Assembly: GCA_963664705.1 (NCBI GenBank)
Contig: OY761556.1
Coordinates: forward strand, 5,632,001 to 5,696,000
DNA: 64,000 nucleotides
DNA from: Acidobacteriota bacterium
GTDB lineage: Bacteria; Acidobacteriota; UBA6911
Direction: 5' to 3'
How positions within the stretch are numbered: the first letter of the stretch is position 1; the number at the start of each line of letters is the position of its first letter. A model generated the notes under the pieces. That model ran no database searches, had not been told where the DNA came from, and was given only the letters and a program-made list of their open reading frames with translations. Positions 61,121 to 64,000 of this stretch are shown here, piece by piece. The position numbers and the translations under genes were made by a program.

Positions 61121-61399
61121 TCAATCCAAAAGCCCTTCCATTACTTCGTCTACCATGAGATCGAGATCGGGCCAGTCGTTTTTCTCTATGTGTTTCTCCA
61201 TCCATTTCTCTAGGTCTGATTTCTTAAACAGCAGCTTAGATCCGACACGATGATGCTTGATCTCGGGCAGGAGCTTTCTGATAGTTCTTTCGGATAAATT
61301 GAGGTATTCAATCGCCTCGGAAAGGGACAGATATCGATCCTGGTTCAAATACGCAATGACTTCTTTGACCGATACCAAACCCTGCAGAACTTGGTCCAT
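61121..61399 (-). CDS. Excisionase-like HTH protein
   Basis: YLSLSEAIEYLNLSERTIRKL...RVGSKLLFKKSDLEKWM. Confidence 0.85.
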   Translation of the reverse strand: MDQVLQGLVSVKEVIAYLNQDRYLSLSEAIEYLNLSERTIRKLLPEIKHHRVGSKLLFKKSDLEKWMEKHIEKNDWPDLDLMVDEVMEGLLD

Positions 61400-61456
61400 G
61401 CCCGACAGACTCCTAAACGAGAGACCCGATCTTTTGACTTTTTGATTTGATGATTG

Positions 61457-61981
61457 TTAGGACAGCCGTTCGTGTTTCTTTATTTGTTCAATTCTTTGCG
61501 CTAATTCCAAAAGGTTCTTCAGCCTTTCATCCGAAAGGACATCCCGGCCTGGATCCTGCACTTTGAGTTCTCGTTGGAGACTGCCGGAGATTTCTGTCGA
61601 TACTCTTTCACGGTACTTCTCGGGTTTGACGGCTTTGAGAAGAAAGATAAGAAGAGTTGTCGACCCCGGGTCGCGCTTGTCCTGCGCTCGCTCAAAGGCG
61701 AGTGACTCAAGATTATCGCCGGCTATTTCCTGCGCATACTCGAAGGCTTTTCTGTATTCGGGATCCTTCAGCCAATGGTAGTGGCTCGAACGGTCGACCC
61801 CGGCAATCTGGGCAGCCCTGGTCAACATGCCGGTTGTTGAGAAGGCTACCAGGAAAGCCCTTTTTTTAGGATGTGGAATATAGCTGAAGAGCTGGTTTTC
61901 CTTTGGTTGAACCCATTCTTCTCCTAGTGGCTCGACCGATTGGGCTGCTTCATATTTTACGAGGCTTATGGCATTAGTCAT
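61457..61981 (-). CDS. Terminase small subunit-like protein
   Basis: KRAFL...G...AAQIAGVDRSSHYHW...LE...RA...LLIFLLKAVKPEKYRE; AGGAGG RBS. Confidence 0.75.
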   Translation of the reverse strand: MTNAISLVKYEAAQSVEPLGEEWVQPKENQLFSYIPHPKKRAFLVAFSTTGMLTRAAQIAGVDRSSHYHWLKDPEYRKAFEYAQEIAGDNLESLAFERAQDKRDPGSTTLLIFLLKAVKPEKYRERVSTEISGSLQRELKVQDPGRDVLSDERLKNLLELAQRIEQIKKHERLS

Positions 61982-62146
61982 TTGATACTCCCTCCTCCTG
62001 ATTGGTGGTTTCGGTGGCAAGCGTATGCTCTTTGTTTTGTTGAAGTTAGTCTGGTTGGATTTGACTACTGGACAAGTATTGTGACTGTATTCATGAAGGC
62101 TTGTCTGCAGACCTGAACTTCAGTACGCTATCTTTTTACTTTCGGA

Positions 62147-62420
62147 TGCGAACCTTGCTATCCCCCGCGAACGTTATCCCTCGCTGGTTCGCAAGCCGTA
62201 AATCTTTATTTCCTAATTGCATATAGATTGTTTGCGAACGTGCGAGCCAAAATTCGATTTCCACCAATAATTACTAATAAATGAAAGCCCAGAGAATACT
62301 TCTCTCACCAGTAGAAAGAAGTTCGCAGGTTCGCACAAATAGTATTAATAGTGAAAATAGAATGATTTAGCGCATGCGAACCTCTGGTGATGAAGGTTCG
62401 CATAGGTTCGCAGGTTCGAG
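62147..62420. repeat. Iteron array (GGTTCGCA/TGCGAACC) with AT-rich spacers; putative origin
   Basis: About 11 exact or near copies in both orientations immediately downstream of the primase-helicase gene. Confidence 0.75.
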
Positions 62421-62427
62421 GCATAGG

Positions 62428-63951
62428 TCATTGCTTTTCGGGTGATTCAATGCCCCGATCGGCTTTCATCAGCTTCCATTGTGGGTACCCTTTCCGAACG
62501 GTAGCTTCTGTGATTTGTAAGCCACCAATGATACAGTCACGTTTCTTTTGCAAAAGAGTCCCGAGACGCGTGGCAGCTGAATGATCAGAACCATCGCCTA
62601 AACCGAAACCGTCCGCACATACAACAAGCTCCCCGGCCTTAACTGGGCAATCCCTGTATTTATCCCACCAACTCAGTAGGAATTTTGTCCAGAGAGCAGT
62701 TTCGGAGTCGGTTTGATCATAAAAGTTTTCACGATTTTCCAAAAATCCCGGGATTTCGGCGCACTCAAGTATGCCGCCAATAATATCGCTCCAGCTTTCG
62801 AAACTGCCGAGCCGATGCCCATTAAATTTAGGACGACCTCGAGCAACCCAGTTTTGGATTAGAGTGAGTACCGCCCATACGAGTTGTGGGCGATTTTCAG
62901 AGACCCAGCCACGCAGGTCGGGGTGCTTAAAGTCTTTTTCGGATCTCTCATAAGGACGCTCCATCTTGGCATCCATTCGAATCTGAATCGTCCTTCGTGA
63001 TAGCTCTTTTGAAAACTGTAGGTTATTCCCGGTTATAACGCATGCACATCTATTTGGAACTCTTTGTACATCGGAGCTGCCTACACGGCGGTCAACATAG
63101 TATTCGGAGGTTGTAATGGCAGAAAGAGCCGCAGAATCAAGCACACGACCAACATTATCAATGATCAGCATTTCCGGACTGCTTAAAAGCATTGAGAATA
63201 ATGTTCGGCGCATTTCGCTTTCATCGGGAGGAGCTGACATATTAGAAGGCCTTTCTCCAGAGATGACATAAGCCAACGTATCACAAAGCAGGCTTGCTCC
63301 GGTTCCTGGGGTTGGCTTATCAATCCCATATAAAGGAGTTGGCCCTGATATCATTTCTCGGGCAGGCTGTTGCAGGATAAGCGCGATGGCATTTGCAAGA
63401 TCGGAACGATTTGTAAACGGAAAATCGAAAAGCAATTCCTCAATTAATAGCCGACGTGCCTCCGTCACCTCCAATGCGGATGGATTTTGAGATACGGAAG
63501 GTAATACGAACCCTGGCATTTGATAATAGTAGATGTTTGCCGCCGGATTATATCCAGGACAAGTCTGTTGGATTCCATCAGCGGCAAAGATAGGGGATCT
63601 AGTAATCCTTTTGAGCGGCGGAAACTCGATCCATGGAAGGGACATAATATCCCTAATTACTTCCAATGGAGGGAAGGCAGGAATTTCATCATCCCCTTTG
63701 AAGGTATAATACTCGGCAGCGCGTGCCGCTTCCCCTCTCATTCCGTCAATCCCTAATTTTGATATCTGGGGGGCTCCTGTCTCGTCGTACCCAATACGGA
63801 CAATGGAGCTACCTCGAGAAAAAATTCGTACAGGCGAATTAGCCAGATGGAGGGCATCTAATGTCTCTCGGACTGCAGACGCTAAATCTTTGTTGCCGGC
63901 ATAAATTCTTGGCAGACCAAAGTTATCTGGATTAAGGGAAATACATTTCAT
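62428..63951 (-). CDS. Primase-associated helicase-like replication protein
   Basis: PGYNPA, DFPF, PGTGASLL, IIDNV, ITGNNL, RRTI, GSFESW. Confidence 0.75.
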   Translation of the reverse strand: MKCISLNPDNFGLPRIYAGNKDLASAVRETLDALHLANSPVRIFSRGSSIVRIGYDETGAPQISKLGIDGMRGEAARAAEYYTFKGDDEIPAFPPLEVIRDIMSLPWIEFPPLKRITRSPIFAADGIQQTCPGYNPAANIYYYQMPGFVLPSVSQNPSALEVTEARRLLIEELLFDFPFTNRSDLANAIALILQQPAREMISGPTPLYGIDKPTPGTGASLLCDTLAYVISGERPSNMSAPPDESEMRRTLFSMLLSSPEMLIIDNVGRVLDSAALSAITTSEYYVDRRVGSSDVQRVPNRCACVITGNNLQFSKELSRRTIQIRMDAKMERPYERSEKDFKHPDLRGWVSENRPQLVWAVLTLIQNWVARGRPKFNGHRLGSFESWSDIIGGILECAEIPGFLENRENFYDQTDSETALWTKFLLSWWDKYRDCPVKAGELVVCADGFGLGDGSDHSAATRLGTLLQKKRDCIIGGLQITEATVRKGYPQWKLMKADRGIESPEKQ

Positions 63952-64000
63952 CTTTGTCTCTAGTTGTTCCGACGTGGAACAAGGATGTTCGAGAGAATTC

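Larger units (their letters stand above)
54835..64000. mobile_element. Phage-satellite-like integrated element (continues off the window)
   Basis: Primase-helicase, iterons, TerS-like, Xis-like, RHH and integrase all on the minus strand; arm-like motif 65 bp from the att. Confidence 0.7.

Noticed and set aside
325-63756. Numerous antisense and alternative-frame ORFs in the track
   Set aside because: Shadows of well-supported genes, with no motifs or RBS

Overview
Almost the whole window is mobile DNA, probably from an Acidobacteriota-like host (inferred only from the PadR-type gene at the left edge). It reads as a tandem array of elements integrated at the 3' half of a tRNA-Ala(GGC); tRNA 3' fragments lie at 41300-41345 and 54789-54834, and the intact tRNA is presumably left of the window. 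(1) An ICE-like element with AlpA, a DUF3854/DUF3631-type primase/Rep, an ori-like iteron cluster, RadC, a sigma-like regulator, a VirB2-6/8-11 T4SS, a RepB-type primase, a five-repeat protein, a MOBF relaxase-helicase, a ParA-like ATPase, a coupling protein and ArdC, followed by PAS histidine-kinase cargo and a tyrosine integrase. (2) A 13.5-kb transfer-less island ending in an apparently identical 1.7-kb iteron-integrase-att module, carrying two more PAS kinases, an rve-type IS and an AAA ATPase. (3) A phage-satellite-like element (primase-helicase, ori, TerS, Xis, RHH, a different integrase) whose att-proximal cargo includes an HTH-Nudix protein, a tiny acidic peptide and a Panacea/YwgA-like plus proteasome-beta-like gene pair. 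All family assignments come from motifs read by eye; no searches were run.
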